Positions 48,327 to 61,803 of a DNA stretch of 64,000 nt are shown here, in pieces (within the stretch, counting starts at the first letter, position 1; each line of letters begins with the position of its first letter). A program made the position numbers and the translations under genes. The DNA is from Podarcis cretensis (lineage: Eukaryota), in NCBI GenBank assembly GCA_951804945.1, contig OX638162.1, positions 42,408,001 to 42,472,000 on the forward strand, written 5' to 3'. Under the pieces are notes generated by a model. It was not told the origin of the DNA, ran no database searches, and saw nothing but the letters and a program-made list of their open reading frames with translations.

Positions 48327-48748
48327 AACAACCTAACAGGTGAGAGTGGGACTCCACTTGGAGGGACCAGTTGCAAGTCTTCAAAAAGGTGAGAAAAACA
48401 ACTCATTTGCACATACTTTTTCCCATAAAGAGAAGAATCTGAGAATCATGATTTTTACAGCAGCAGGTTTAAATTTTCAAAAACATTTTTTTGCAATCCA
48501 ACTATTTATAAAACCTGAAACCGTTACCTGAAGAGGCATCCTCTAATGTATAAAAGAGGGGGTGCCTCTTCTAAAAACGACACAGTGTGCATCACCTAAA
48601 AGACATGGGGAGTATGGTTTCTGTTAGAATCATTTTCTCTTATATACAGCTTATGTAGATTCACAATCAATCAGCAAGTTGGCAATCCACTAATATTTAT
48701 GTAAGTCAGGAAATAGTCCTTGAGCAGGTCACAGCTGCAGGAACTCAC

Positions 48749-49179
48749 CTTGTGAATTTGCACATGGTAGCTGCCTGGAACTTCCATGCCAGGACGAGGA
48801 CTTTGAATTCGGTTGGGTCGACACAGAGGTCGTTGCAAAAATGCTCCATGCCTTCCTCCAATATGGCATCTTCTCGCTCGTCCTTGTACCTCCTAAATAA
48901 TTCCTCAGTCCTGTGGAGGGACGATTCCTCCGTGCCAGAAACTGGCTCCTTCTTCGCGTCCCCGGAAGAAGAAGGAGGCTGACTAGACTCTACAGAGGCT
49001 TCCATCTTCTTTGTCCCATTGACCAGGATGTCCCCGGAGGATTTCCCACCGACGGTGCAGTGTTCCTCCTTGTGAATCGTGCTCCGCTTGCCGTGAGCCT
49101 TGCCGCTCGATTCTCGGTCGCCATTTTTGCTGCCAAGAGTGGAAGAAGGATTCTTGCACTTGGTGACGCACTGGCCCAT
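48749..49179 (-). CDS. DCUN1D3: DCUN1D3 first coding exon (exon spans 48749-49281 including 102 nt 5'UTR)
   Basis: MGQCVTKCKNPSSTLGSKNG (N-myristoyl Gly2, Cys4/Cys8)...ILEEGMEHFCNDLCVDPTEFKVLVLAWKFQAATMCKFTR|gtgagt; acceptor ccccctag at 49282. Confidence 0.96.
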
Positions 49180-49314
49180 GGTGTCCCACGCCCAGCGGTT
49201 AGAGCGGCCCCCTTGCTATTGCACGCCCACGCCGCTGCTGCTTGGTGGGTCTCAGCATGCCATCATTGACGGTGGAGCAACCTAGGGGGAAGAGGGTGGG
49301 GGAATTGTTTAGAA

Positions 49315-49493
49315 CAGGGGTGCCAACATGAATAAAATATTGGGGTGTTTGTGTAAGCCCCGCCCTGCATAATTGATCACATGACGCAGTGCACACACAC
49401 CATTTGAATGGCAATGCCCATCAATTATTATTTTTTGGAGGGGGGCCTCCTCAAATATTTTATTGAGGGAGTCCCTAGGAGTTGGCTCCTATG
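49315..49493. mobile_element. hAT MITE
   Basis: CAGGGGTGCCAAC...GTTGGCTCCTATG; TSD GTTTAGAA/GTTCAGAA. Confidence 0.75.
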
Positions 49494-49559
49494 GTTCAGA
49501 AATAACAATAAAGCAATGAACAGGGTGGTGATACAATGTCTACCGCAATTGACACAAGA

Positions 49560-49904
49560 TCTAAACAACTGAGCCATTCGGAAGGTCAGCGGTTCAAATT
49601 CAATTGATGAAGGTGAGCCCCCGTTGCTCTGTCTCAGCTCCTGCCAACCTAGCAGTTCGAAAGCATGCCAGTGCAAGTAGATAAATAGATACCACAGTGG
49701 CAGGAAGGTAAACAGCATTTCATTGTGCTCTGGTTTCCATCACAGAGTCCTGTTGCACCAGAAGCGGTTTAGTCATGCTGGCCACATGACCCGGAAAGCT
49801 GTCTGTGGACAAACGCCGGCTCCCTCAGCCTGAAAGTGAGATAAGCGCCGCAGCCCCACAGTCACCTTTGACTGGACTTAACCGTCCAGGGGTCCTTTAC
49901 CTTT
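49560..49904 (+). mobile_element. Sauria SINE, more diverged
   Basis: Body cctgccaacctagcagttcgaaagc...ggggtcctttaccttt. Confidence 0.82.
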
Positions 49905-52679
49905 GCATGTATGTATCACAGTTGGTGCCACCTTCCAAGCAAGAGAATGGAGGAAATTACCTAACATGCCACTGCCATCTGCAGTTTATAGAAATACTTA
50001 AAATGAAAGCAACTAACTTTAAAAAAGGTGTGTTGCCCAATTAATCAAAGATGAACTTATAGTCAGTTGAATATATAGTCAAAATACTTGGAGAAGGATG
50101 TTGGGGAGCACTGGAGAGGACAGAACTGGGCTAAACAATCCCATCCAATATATGACCTCATCCTTTGTTCCCGTTTTGGAAGTTCTGGCTAAACTCTTAT
50201 GTCATCCACAGCCTCAAGATTGAAGTCTCTGAAGGATTCTTGTGCACCCTCCCAGTTGCGCAATGCAGCCTTGCAGAAGTGCAAAATGTGTTTGGCCGGG
50301 CTTGCCCCGACAGCACAGGAAGTGGCTGTTTCTGGGGCAGTACTTTGCATGTGATCCCTGCTGAAGCTCTCAAGGCAAGGATTCTGGTGTAGCCTGCAAA
50401 TTGAAGACAACCTAGTGAAGCCTAGTGGCTAGGTTACTGAGCGATGGATGGGGAAATAGTTAGCTCGGATCTTTCCTCTGCCATGAACTCATCTGGTGAT
50501 TTTTAGTCGAAGACCCTTTTCCCCCAACCTATTTTTATAAGGCCATTATAGGGTTGCAATCAGATCGTATATGCAAAGAAGTCTAGAAATCAGAGTTGTC
50601 ACAAGTAGCCAGCTGTTGATGGAATCAATGAAAACAAAAATATTCTCCAGGTGTTTTGGGCAACTGGCTGATGGCACATCATCTGGAGGGCACCAGGGAT
50701 GGCAAATCCTGGCCTACTCTGGTACAAGATCTCAGGGAAATAATATCACTGCACAAGGCCCTTACTAATCAGCTTAGGTCCAGGATATTGCAAGGACTAC
50801 CTGATCCTTTATATTGCCACCTGATCACCAAAATATTTGAAGGGAGTCTCCATTGGTGATCAGCCATGGCTCAGAGGCGCGTCTCGTGATTTACCAGAAG
50901 CCATGCATTCAGTGCATGTGATCCCAAGCCAGTGGAACTCCCTCCCAGCTGAGATCAGGTAGGCACGTCCGCTTTGCTGAACCTGCATGGTTTATGGCTA
51001 GGCGCAGTGCTAAGAAATGCTAATGACTAAGAGGTATAGAAATGGCTTAAATTAAATAATTAAATTAGCAACTTCCTGCCAACCGCTGCTTTTAATGAGA
51101 GATGCCAGGGATTGAACATGGGACCCCTGACCTATGGTCTTTTCCCCAAGTGATGCCGAACGTCCCCCCGCAGCCCTGAGAGGGCTTGTCTAGGACCCTG
51201 GACCCATTAAGACTGGCACTGTTGCTTTATCGCAGCCCTTTTAAACAGCATGCTTCTGCAATGCTGTGATCAAGGTTGTTGGTTCGCAAATTCTATGTGA
51301 TTCTGCTTGCCTCTCAAGGAGGCAGGATGGGTAGCATGAGAAACATCATGCCCGTGCAATAAAAACTGCTTACACAAACACCCCTTGTGCTAGCTCAATA
51401 TGCTTCAAATCTGCCAGGAAAAACACACACACACGTGGATTCAGCACAGTCTCCACATTTATTGTGGGCGTACCTAAATGACCCCCCACCGCCCCAGGTC
51501 TCTCCGTTTGGAAGCACCCTTTAAACTGTGTGACGCCACATTTCCTCACCTCTGCACCTAGAAAGCAGCTGTGGCTTCTCCCAGTGGCCGACTGGCAAGA
51601 GGTAATCAAAGGAAATTCCTAAAATTCTTACTGTAACACAGGGTTACAAAGAGGTCGATTCATGCGCTGAATTTGCCGAGACAGATGACTCTGACCCAGA
51701 ATCTTTTTCAGGAAGCTATTTAAAAACCATAAATGCATTTTAATAGCTAAGCATCCAAGGAGCTTTACGATACCCACAGTTTGCATCGAGCTACTGCCAA
51801 GTTTGGATTCCTGGCTCCATTTGCTGCACTTTCTCTTCTACCAGTCTCCAAAATTTGGATTTTACAGTGGAAATCTAAAGGCCCGCATCCTCCCCACCAA
51901 AAAACCCCGTGCTGGAGCAATGTGCCTGGGGAAAGGGGGGGGGGAATAGAGTATAAGAAGTGATATTGCAGCAATATAAAAAGGCTATGATGGCGACAGA
52001 ACGACTTGCCTTCTGTGGGATAAATCAGAGGGACTGCATGTTGCCCACCCTGATCCAGTCCCATAAAAAGTGCTAAGTTATCATTAAAAAGGACATGGAG
52101 TATTGAGGCTGGCTGAGATTGCAGATGGTTCTAATCATGGCTCAAAGCTAGACTAAACTGTGTTCTGTGCAGAGCTGTCTTTAAGGGCTCTTGGAAGCAC
52201 AGCAGCCCGCCTCATAGGGACGTTGTGCCAGTGGGCCAGATAATGCACATCGCTGCTCTCTTCCAACTGGAGTGAGTGCTCAAACCTGGTTTTATCTTGG
52301 AGGCTGCCAGCTCCTCTACACTATCTTTACAAAACTTTCAGCTCTGCCAGGGCAGCCTCCCTGGCACACTCCATGAATACGGCAAATTTATGTAACAAGA
52401 GAATGCAAAAGGTATCTGCCTTTCCAGGGGCAGATATGCTAACGATGCAAGTTTTTATCATAAAAAGGGCAGCAAATACTTTCAGGTTTAAGCAGACCTC
52501 TGATGAGTATGGTTTTTAAAGGCAAGCACTCATAAATCATCCATACTTTATGGGGAGAGATGGGTGGATTTTGAGGAAAGGAATTTGGAAGCGATGTTTC
52601 ACTGAACAACATTGAGCACAATGCTGGTTTAACATTGTTATAATCTGGCTTTGAGGGTGCTCAGACCTCCTGAGTCTGT

Positions 52680-52945
52680 ACGGATATATTTTTCATTTGA
52701 AAAAGAATTTTTGAGGTAGGTTTCTCAGGGAAATGTACTTGCCAGCCAATTCCAAGCATTTCCCCGCTTGGTTCAGTTCATTAAAGGGAAATCAATACTT
52801 TCAACAGTACTTTCAAAATCGAACGTTTGCTGCTCTTAGAAAAGCTTTCACGGTCCTTCATTTCCAAACAATGCCTTCAGCCTATTTGGAGGGAAAGTAT
52901 AAAAGGATTCCCCATGCACAGCGGATGTGTGTTTGTGGTACCCGG
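52680..52945 (+). mobile_element. Old non-LTR (RTE-X-like) ORF2 C-terminal fragment
   Basis: LRKAFTVLHFQTMPSAYLEGKYKRIPHAQRMCVCG resembles the region preceding the zinc knuckle. Confidence 0.55.
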
Positions 52946-53208
52946 TCAGTAATCACACAGTCCAAAGTTGGCATTAATGATATCCCACCCTTCAAAAAGG
53001 TATTCCAGGAGCAGTTGAAGATGTTTCCACTTCCATCTTGCTTTAAAACATTTAACATTGTTAGTCACCATAATAAACATAACATTTTACTGATTAACTG
53101 CATTCTTCTGAGATCCAGAGAAAACTTGTCTGAAGTTTGATGCTGCTTGATGTGTTCAAGATTCCCCTCTCTAGATATAGATACACACACTCCACACTTT
53201 GTTTGGAA

Positions 53209-53408
53209 CAGAGCTTTCCAAACTGTGTGTCGCGACATGGTAGTTGGTTGGCTGCAATGTGTAGGTGTGTCGCATGAAGGCTCCCCGCACTCTTTCCAGG
53301 GCTGGAAAGGGGTTAGTTTAGCCTCTGGTTTGCTAGTAAAACTGAATTACGCGAAATGATGCATGTCCAAAACACGTGCCACAAACATGTAAAGTTTGGA
53401 AAGCTCTG
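53209..53408. mobile_element. hAT MITE
   Basis: Perfect 16-bp TIR CAGAGCTTTCCAAACT/AGTTTGGAAAGCTCTG; diverged 8-bp TSD. Confidence 0.78.
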
Positions 53409-56400
53409 TATTAGAACTTTCAGGTGTTCAGAGCAATCTAGTTTGCATCCTTATAACATTTTTATCCATAGCTCAGCCTTAGTTAGCTGTTCTATGAAAG
53501 TAACATATAATGACTGGCAACAGGGACCAGCACTGTTATTCAGCGGCAGTGTATCTCAGTCTCTGGATGGTGGTGGCTGTTTTTTAAATCTCAGTCTCTT
53601 CTAAATTTATGCTGCCTCCTTTCCAACTCAGCCCTGACCACCTGTTGAGAAGAGGCCCTCAAACTCGCCAACCTGGCCCAAGGTTCAGTCCCAGAGGAGG
53701 AAACATCCTTGCATATAGCTGCCTGCTGTTGCAGCACATGTGAAAAAATCAGCAGACAGTGGCTGTAATTCGAGAAGGCCTAGGATGAAGATACCAGACC
53801 CACTGCCTCCCTTATGCACCTCTGTGATGCATGATCAGATCAGCATCTGAGGCCCTGCTCCATGTCCCTCCATCTTCTGAAATTCAACAGGTGGTATGAG
53901 AGACGGGGCCTTCTTGGCTGTGGCATCCTTCTTGCAGAATGCCATTCCTAGAGAGGCCCACCTAGAGAGGCCCCATCATGGTGTAGCCCTTCCACACCAC
54001 ACGTTGAAGACCTGCCTCCATAAGAGGGCTTTTAAAGATCAGGAAACTGGGACTGTTGGTGAATCAATAATGGTTGCTAAGGGTTGTTGTTTTGTGGTTT
54101 GAAAATGTCAGTAGTGCATCTGCTTCAAACGTCTTCTGCTCACTGCCTGAAATCTCTTTTCTGATAGAAAGGCAGAATCAAGACAACACAAATCCCACAG
54201 TGGCAGCAGAAAGGGAGTAGAACAAGACACCTCTGTTCTGGCTTTTAAAAAAGCCATACACACAGGGAAGCACCATTAGAACAAAGCAGTGGCTCTTCCC
54301 ACAATAGGATGGGATGAGGAGGTCAGTGGGAGGTGGGATGGTTATGAAGAGCCTATTTTAGATGCATGACACGTTATCCTTAGATGGCAGAATTGTGTGT
54401 GTATATGCACAGACACACACACACAAGAAGGAGAGAGAAATGATGCCAGAAGGCCCCAGCAATGCAAGAATTAGGTGTGTCCCATTACTATGCAGAGCAT
54501 GAATGCAAACAAGAGCCAGTCAAGAGAGTTGGAAAGATGAAATCCGAGTGGATGTGATCTACTCCCAGCTAGCGATGAACTGGCAAAGGAAGATGAGCAG
54601 TATGCATCAGTATGCTTCAAGATGGACAATTACTTCTTATTATTATCATCTCTTAAGTTGCTGTACCAAGCCAGCCATTCCTTGTCTCTATCGAGCCCTG
54701 AATCCAACAGCATCAAATCTGCAACCAATTCACACCAGAGGCAAGCTGGGAAATATTTCTTGGCTGAAGAAGGATAGACTTTCAAAGTCTGCTCCAGAAT
54801 GTTCAGGGCTCCCCCACAGTGGCTTCCTAGCAGGTAATCTGCAGGACAGCACCCAAATGACTTCACGTGACTGAAGCCTAAACTTGTGTCTTACTTGCAA
54901 ATGCAAATTCAGACAACTTCTCTCATGGCAGGACATATGGGGCAGGAGGGAAAAGGGCAATTGCCTAGCCCATTGGTCTTCCAGTCAGAGCTCACTACGG
55001 GTCACAGCCTGACCCAAGGTGGATTGCAACAGGAGTACTGTACTACCAACATGCAAATATATGACAAAAGGTTAGGAAATGGGTTCCTATATGCACGTTT
55101 GGATTAAAAGTGGGTACTGGGTCTGAAAAGTTGAAGACTACTAACCCTACGAACCTGACCAAATGCAAGAAGGAAGCAGATACCGATTACAATTAAATGT
55201 TACTCATGCACAAAAAAACATTTCTACACTTATGCTCATGGAAGCTTTGCTGTCCCTTATGGACTGAACTAAAAAGAACCTAGGGCTATATCCAATTCTG
55301 TTAGAATAGACCCAGTGAAATTAATGGACCTTCATTAGTCATGCCCATTTATTTCAACCTGCCTATTCTAAGTAGGACAAGCATATTGCACTTTTAATTT
55401 TTATAGGCAGAGTAGAGAACCACAATTTGTTGGAATAGATTTTCAGTAGGGAAGAACAAGAGGCTAAGGGAGACTTGCCCAAGGCCATAAAATGAGTTCA
55501 GAGAGAGAGAGCGCATTTGCTTCTGACACCCACATGAAGTTTGCTGTTTGAACAGCAAAGGCTCCTGCAAAACAGGTTACAGGATATTCTTCACCCTCCA
55601 GCTCTCTATAGGGCCAGCCCAAGGGTGCCTGCCAGCCAGATTACCAAAGTTCAACTGGAAACAGGAATTGCCCATTGAATTTCATTAAGACTGTCCACAC
55701 TTTGGGCGAGGCATAAACCCTAGGTTCTCAGCTTTAAATCTAATGTACTGTTTTACTCGGTTAGAACAGAACTCATTTATGCAGAGGAAAACTGCCAAAC
55801 AACACATTCAAAAAACCATCATTGACATAGAATCATTGAGTTGGAAGGGACCCAAGGGTCATCTAGTCCAACCCCCTGAAAGGCAGGAATCTCAGCTAAA
55901 GCATCCATGACAGATGGTCATCCAACCTCTGCTTTAAAAGCTCCAACGAAGGAGAGAGTCCACAACCCTCCAAGGGAGTCAAGGCTCAGATTAATTTTAC
56001 GGGATCATATTTTTACCCAGATCCCTTGAAAAAGCTAAGTGTGAGGGCTTTCCCTCTCTATATGTAGGGTGATGGTGATTAGCAGAGGGGGCGTGTGACC
56101 AGAGGGGATGGCACCCATCACACTCATTCAAAAACCCAATGTGCGTACAGACCTATAAAAAGTTGGTGAAGGGAAAACGCACAAAGTCACATACGTTTGG
56201 GGGATGGGGAAGAGAGATGAGGGATTGAGGAGGGTGAAACTTATTTTAATCCTTTAGCATTGTGTGTCATTAAACCCACAAACTAACCAGAAGCTCTGTG
56301 CAGATTTGCATAAAGCTCATTTCAAAGTAAGTGTTTATTGCTTGTGGCCACAGGCAACTGCACAACAACAGTAAGATTAATTACATAGGCTCCGCCCCCC

Positions 56401-57195
56401 CCTTCCTCTCTCATAACACTGGAACTCGAGGACATCCAATAAAGCTGAATTCAGGGAAGGCAAGAGGAAGTACTTCTTCACAGGGTGCAAAGCTAAACTA
56501 TGGAATAAGTTCTCACAAGAGATAGAGATGGCCAGCTTGCATGGCTTCAGATCTGCCTTTAGCTGCAATTCTGAAGTGACCCTGCAGTGAACCCAAATAC
56601 CAGGAGAATGCAAGGGGCACAATTCCATCACTGTCCAGGTTTCAAAAGGTGCTTCCATTTTCTGACACACACTTGGCTTTCTGCTTAAGTCTGATAGTCT
56701 GATTATAGCTCCACCTCCTTAAGAGGTCAATCAATCCTCTTAAAATCATCGCCACCGCCACCACCACCATCATCATCAGTTTTAATCAAGACTCCAGCTC
56801 CCCTGGTTGAAGGAATCAAACAATAGTAAGCTTACATTTGACTCTGCACAAGTTGGAGCCACAGCTCTCCCCCCACTCCCCGTCTGTGCACTCCTAGATG
56901 AACTCCTAGTTGCAGGAAGCTAGACAGACAACCAAGGAGAGTTTGGCTGCTGTGCTGTCCCCCCTTTGCATCCAAACACTTTCTTAAAATTCACAACTGA
57001 AAATACGATTGTAAGAGACAAAAGATTATGTCTATGAAAAGCAGTAGGGACCACAGCTTAGTGGTAGAATACATGCTTTTGCAAAAAGGCTTGATCTTGG
57101 TTACCCCAGTTAAAGGATCTCAGCAGCAGGTGCTGGGAAAGATCACTGGCCAGGACCCTGGAGAGCTACTGCCAGGCAGAACAGATAATTCAGAG

Positions 57196-57330
57196 CTAGA
57201 TTGTCCAATAGTTTTGTGGATCATTCCTGTTCCCTTTCTTATAAATCAGGAGAGTGATACTCATTTTCCATCCAGCAGGCATTTGGCCTGTGTTGTTTAT
57301 GGAGGTAAATAAGCCAGCTGGGATAGAATT
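57196..57330 (-). mobile_element. Old non-LTR RT fragment
   Basis: TGQMPAGWKMSITLLIYKKGNRNDPQNYWTI resembles the PxxWK...IYKKG...NYRPI motif upstream of the RT core. Confidence 0.55.
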
Positions 57331-59099
57331 ATACAACCACAGATCATAGAATCGGAAAGTTGAAAGGCAGCTTCCAATATACCACATTTATTCAAGTCTA
57401 ATGAGCACCTTTTTTTTTGCCAAATTATGCTGCAAAAAAATTGGGTGCGCATTAGATGGCGCATTAGACTCGAGTAAATAAGCATCTCGGCGTCAGATCC
57501 CACTAGCCAGCAGTGAGGTGCGGGCTCCACCCTACCTGTCCAATGAGGGGTGTGTGGCTGTGCGCCCCTCAATGGATGAGCGCCCCCTCACTGCTGGCTC
57601 ACACCACCCTCTAGACACAAACAGCCCTCCAAAGACATCAGCTATAATGTTGGCTTGCCAAAAGAGGGGCTGTCTTTTGCTAATGGCAGAGTGGTCCAGA
57701 CTGTCTGAGAAGCACACTTGTCTGGTCTACGAGAGAGCAACCATAACAGAGGACTTACATGCTATCCTCAGAGGAGCAGGAAGGCATTGCAGCAATGAGT
57801 CCGACCCACGCATCAGGGTCTCTCCATGGAACACTGTGAAAAACAGGGACATGGTTTAGAAATCTTGAAAGAAGGAAATTTCAATGGCTGCGGCACATAC
57901 AAAGCTCAAGTCACCACCACAAAGCAAAATTCAAAGGTGGCAGCTTCATTTATGTGGCCACTGCTCATTGCTGATGGGTTAATTCATACCAGGGCATGCA
58001 TGAAGGCTAGCTGCTTCCAAGTACACAGACACCAAGTTGCATAAAGCATTTTGGCCAAGATGTCATGCACAGAGGATTAGCAATTAGCATACCAATTAAC
58101 ATCTGATGCATTTAGGGAAGGGGGGAGGACATCTGTAGCTCTGCAGATGTTTCTGGACTGCCACTGTCATCATTGTTGACCACTGGCTATGCTGCCTGGG
58201 ACTGATGGAAGCTACAGTCCAGCAGTATCTGTAGAGCTGTGGTTTCCCTCCCCTGATTCAGAGTATATAAACAAGGATTTACATAAGCAATGGGGAACCA
58301 GTCTCCATGCAGAGATGGGACCCGGGTGCATTCAGAAGGTGTGTCTCCAACAGTCTCAAATCCATGAACGAGAATGCAAGTTGACTCAGGGCAAAAGTAC
58401 ACTGCAATGCATTTAATCAGTTTTATGTCTTGTTTAAGGGATTGAAGAGGGTCCTGAGAAGTCTGTTATCGATGCAGACACTTTCACTTCTACCTGTGAA
58501 CATTTCAAGTTCACAGAGGCAGGAGAAGGTCTCAGTTGTATGCATAGGAATGAATCTCTAAAGGGTTTTTAGGTTGGCTGCAGGGTACCTTAGCCAATAC
58601 TTTCCTCTGGGTGCCCCAACACCAGAGGTGAGGTAAGTTACAGTAAGAGAAGGGAGCCTTTTTTCAATGTGGCACCCAATCAGTGGCATTCACTCTCCAG
58701 TTTTCTTTTAAGCCATGGTATTATTCTAAAAAAGACTGACATTATGAGCCATCAAGCCTTAGAATTGGAACTTTTCCTGAAAGTTCCCACAGTTTGGGGC
58801 ACTAGTATGTGTGTTCCTCACACATATCGTGGAGCACTATTTAGGAAACCTGGATCTAAGGGCATCTATTATATTGTTTCTTCATATTGTAAATTGCCAC
58901 AGAATCTAGTGATGAAGAATGGTATATCAATATATAAGATGCAATTCCTATATTCAGGGTTCTTCCCTAGCAGGAATTCAGTTCTGGCACCTATGTGTGC
59001 CATTGCCATTATACGAGAACAAGGGAGACATTCATGGTGAGCTCCAGAACCTCTTTTTCTCAAAAAACAGCACTGCCTATAATACTTTTTTTTTGGGGG

Positions 59100-59466
59100 G
59101 GGACATGGGTGGCACTGTGGTCTAAACCACTGAGCCTCTTGGGCTTGCTGATCAGAAGGTTGGCGGTTCGAATCCCCACGACGGGGTGAGCTCCCGTTGC
59201 TCGGTCCCTGCTCCTGCCAACCTAGCAGTTCAAAAGCAAACCAAAAATGCAAGTAGATAAATAGGTACCGCTCCAGCGGGAAGGTAAACGGCGTTTCCGT
59301 GCGCTGCTCTGGTTTCGCCAGAAGCGGCTCAGTCATGCTGGCCACATGACCCAGAAAAACTGCGGACAAACGCCGGCTCCCTCGGCCAGTAAAGCGAGAT
59401 GTGTGCTGCAACTCCAGAGTCGTCTGCGACTTAACTGGACTTAACTGCCGGGGTCCTTTACCATTT
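59100..59466 (+). mobile_element. Sauria SINE
   Basis: Family head, body and tail. Confidence 0.9.
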
Positions 59467-60641
59467 TTATAATGCTTTTTTAGTGCATTCAAGTCACCTC
59501 CTTTTGGCTTCCAGCAATCACACTTGCATGGTGAATGTCTGCTTTTCATCAGCGAGCTTAGAGTGAGCTCTTCCTTACAGTACTGACTGCCCAACATGGT
59601 GAGAGATAGCTCTGCTTTACAAGGCCAACATGGCAAAAAATATTTGGCAACTCACTTTTCACTCCCATCAAGTTATGCATGAAAGCCTCCATGTCTGCTT
59701 GGCCAGAGACTGCAGCCCATTGCCACTTCAGTTCTGGAAAGCAGAAGGCTCCACAGACAAACCCAGCTTTCTCACAGATTTGAGCAGACCTCTTTTGTAT
59801 GCCAAAGAAGGACAAAGTGATGTTCTCTTCCCCACCTAGGCTGGCCTGCAAACACGCGGCAGCAAACCCAGGTGCCAAGCAATTGGAACATCTGTTGCAA
59901 CAGACAACAGTGAACTCTCTCTTACTATTTTGGGTTCAGTTGTGTTGCAAATTGTTCTGTAATCGGGTTGCATGGTAGCCCTGACAACATTTGTCCATTA
60001 ATAGCTGCCGACTGGAGGGGTGGCGGGGAAAGAAGTCGACATTTCCAAAAATATTTTTAGAGGGCGATATTTTTGGAGAGAGAGGTGCTTTTTCTGGGCT
60101 GGGTGCTTAGAGGGGGGAAAAGACACACTTTTAAACAGACCAAGACAAAAACAACCCTGCAGAACACACTTTATTAAAGGTGACTAGCTAGTTACAAGCC
60201 TAACATCAGCGATGAGCAGCATTACACAGGAAGAGCAGTCTGGTACAGAGTCAGGGCATTGTTCCACTGAGCTCAGAGCTTGCCTACATTGACTGGCAGC
60301 TCTCCAGGGTTGCAGACAAGGGTTCCCAGGCCTATTTAAAGATGCTGCGGGTTTAACCAGGAGTATTTGCATGCATAATATTCACTGAGCTGCAGCCTGT
60401 CCCTGAGAGCTTCCTTATCACCAGGACCAGCCAACCTTGTTGCCAAACTCTGTTTTTCATCTCTTGCCTCTCTCTTGTCACACCTCTCATTTCCTTTAAA
60501 TCCTTACTCAATGCCCACATTTCCTGACACACCTTTGGCACGACTACAGAGTCCTCTGGACACTGCAGTAGCCAAGTGAAAGCATACATAAATGAAAGCC
60601 ATACATGCTCTTCCCCTATCTGTTGCCATTTCTCTAAGAGC

Positions 60642-60815
60642 TCTAGCTCAACGGTAGAGCATTTGCCTTGCACACAGAAGCTGCCAGGTTCAATCCCCGA
60701 CATCCCCAGGTAGTGGTTCCTGCCTGAAACCCTGGAGAGCCACGGCCAGTCAGAGCAGACAATACTGAGCTGGACAGACCAACGGTCTGATTTGGTATAA
60801 GGCAGCTTCCTATGT
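60642..60815 (+). mobile_element. tRNA-derived squamate SINE (Squam3-like); degenerate copies at about 7260-7520, 33480-33580, 40180-40340, 57045-57230, 60230-60380
   Basis: TAGCTCAACGGTAGAGCA...GGTTCAATCCCC head; tail gacaatactgagct...ataaggcagcttcctatgt. Confidence 0.75.
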
Positions 60816-61074
60816 CTCCATTCCTTGGCTGTCTGTGCCAAATTTTAGATTGCAAAATACTTGGGGAAGGGATTGTGTCTTATATTCTAAAGCAGCCTTT
60901 GTCCAACTTGGTGACCTCCAGATATTGTGGACTTCCAACTTCCACAAAGGATGGAGCTCATGGGAGTTGTTTCCCTTCTATATTCATTTCTCTTTTGCTG
61001 TAGTGTCTGGGCTACATTAGAGAGGAGAAAACTAAAGTAGAATCCCATGCTAGAAAGTGAAGGATGAAGTGACA

Positions 61075-61803
61075 ATCATAGAATTGTAGAGTTGGAAGAG
61101 ACCCTAAGGGCTCATCTAGTCCAGGCATGTCCAAAGTCTGTCTTGGGGGCCTAATCCGGCCCGTCGGTCGGTTTAATCCGGCCCCTGTGGCAGTTTATTT
61201 CCTGGGGTAAAATCCTAAAGAAAACCTCAACAACTTTGGTCGGCCCCCACGGCCCTTCATTTCATCAAATTTGGCCCTCTTTGAAAAAGGTTTGGACACC
61301 ACTGATTCTAGTCCCATCCCCTGCAATGCAGCAGTCTCAGCTAAAGCATCCATCACAGATGGCCATCCAACCTCTGCTTAAAAACCTCCAAGGAAGGAGA
61401 GTCCACCACCTCTCATGGGAGTCTGTTCCACTGCTGAACAGCTCTTACTGTCAGAAAGTTTTCCCAAATGTTTAGGCAGAATCTCCTTTCTGACGACTTG
61501 AAGCCATTGGTTTGAGTCCTACCCTCCAGAGCAGGAGAAAACAAGCATGCTCCCTCCTCCATGTGACAGCCCTTGAGATATTTGATATCTCCTCTCAGTC
61601 TCCTCTTTTCTAGGCTAAACATACCCCGCTCCTTCAAATGCTCCTCATAAGGCTTAGTTTCCAGACCTTTGATCATCTTGGTGGCCCTCGTCTGCAACAT
61701 TCCAGCTTGTCAACATCCTTCTTAAATTGTGGTGCCCAGAATTGGACACAGTATTCCAAGTGTGGTCTGACCAAGGCAGAATAGAGTGGAACTATTACTT
61801 CCC
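61075..61803 (-). mobile_element. CR1 LINE 3' fragment interrupted by a hAT MITE (61122-61304)
   Basis: [18 protein letters not shown]...[11 protein letters not shown]; MITE CAGGCATGTCCAAA...TTTGGACACCACTG sits in the 3' end. Confidence 0.88.

Noticed and set aside
58869-59636. Longest ORF in the window (255 aa)
   Set aside because: It runs antisense through a Sauria SINE and has no domain or splice support.
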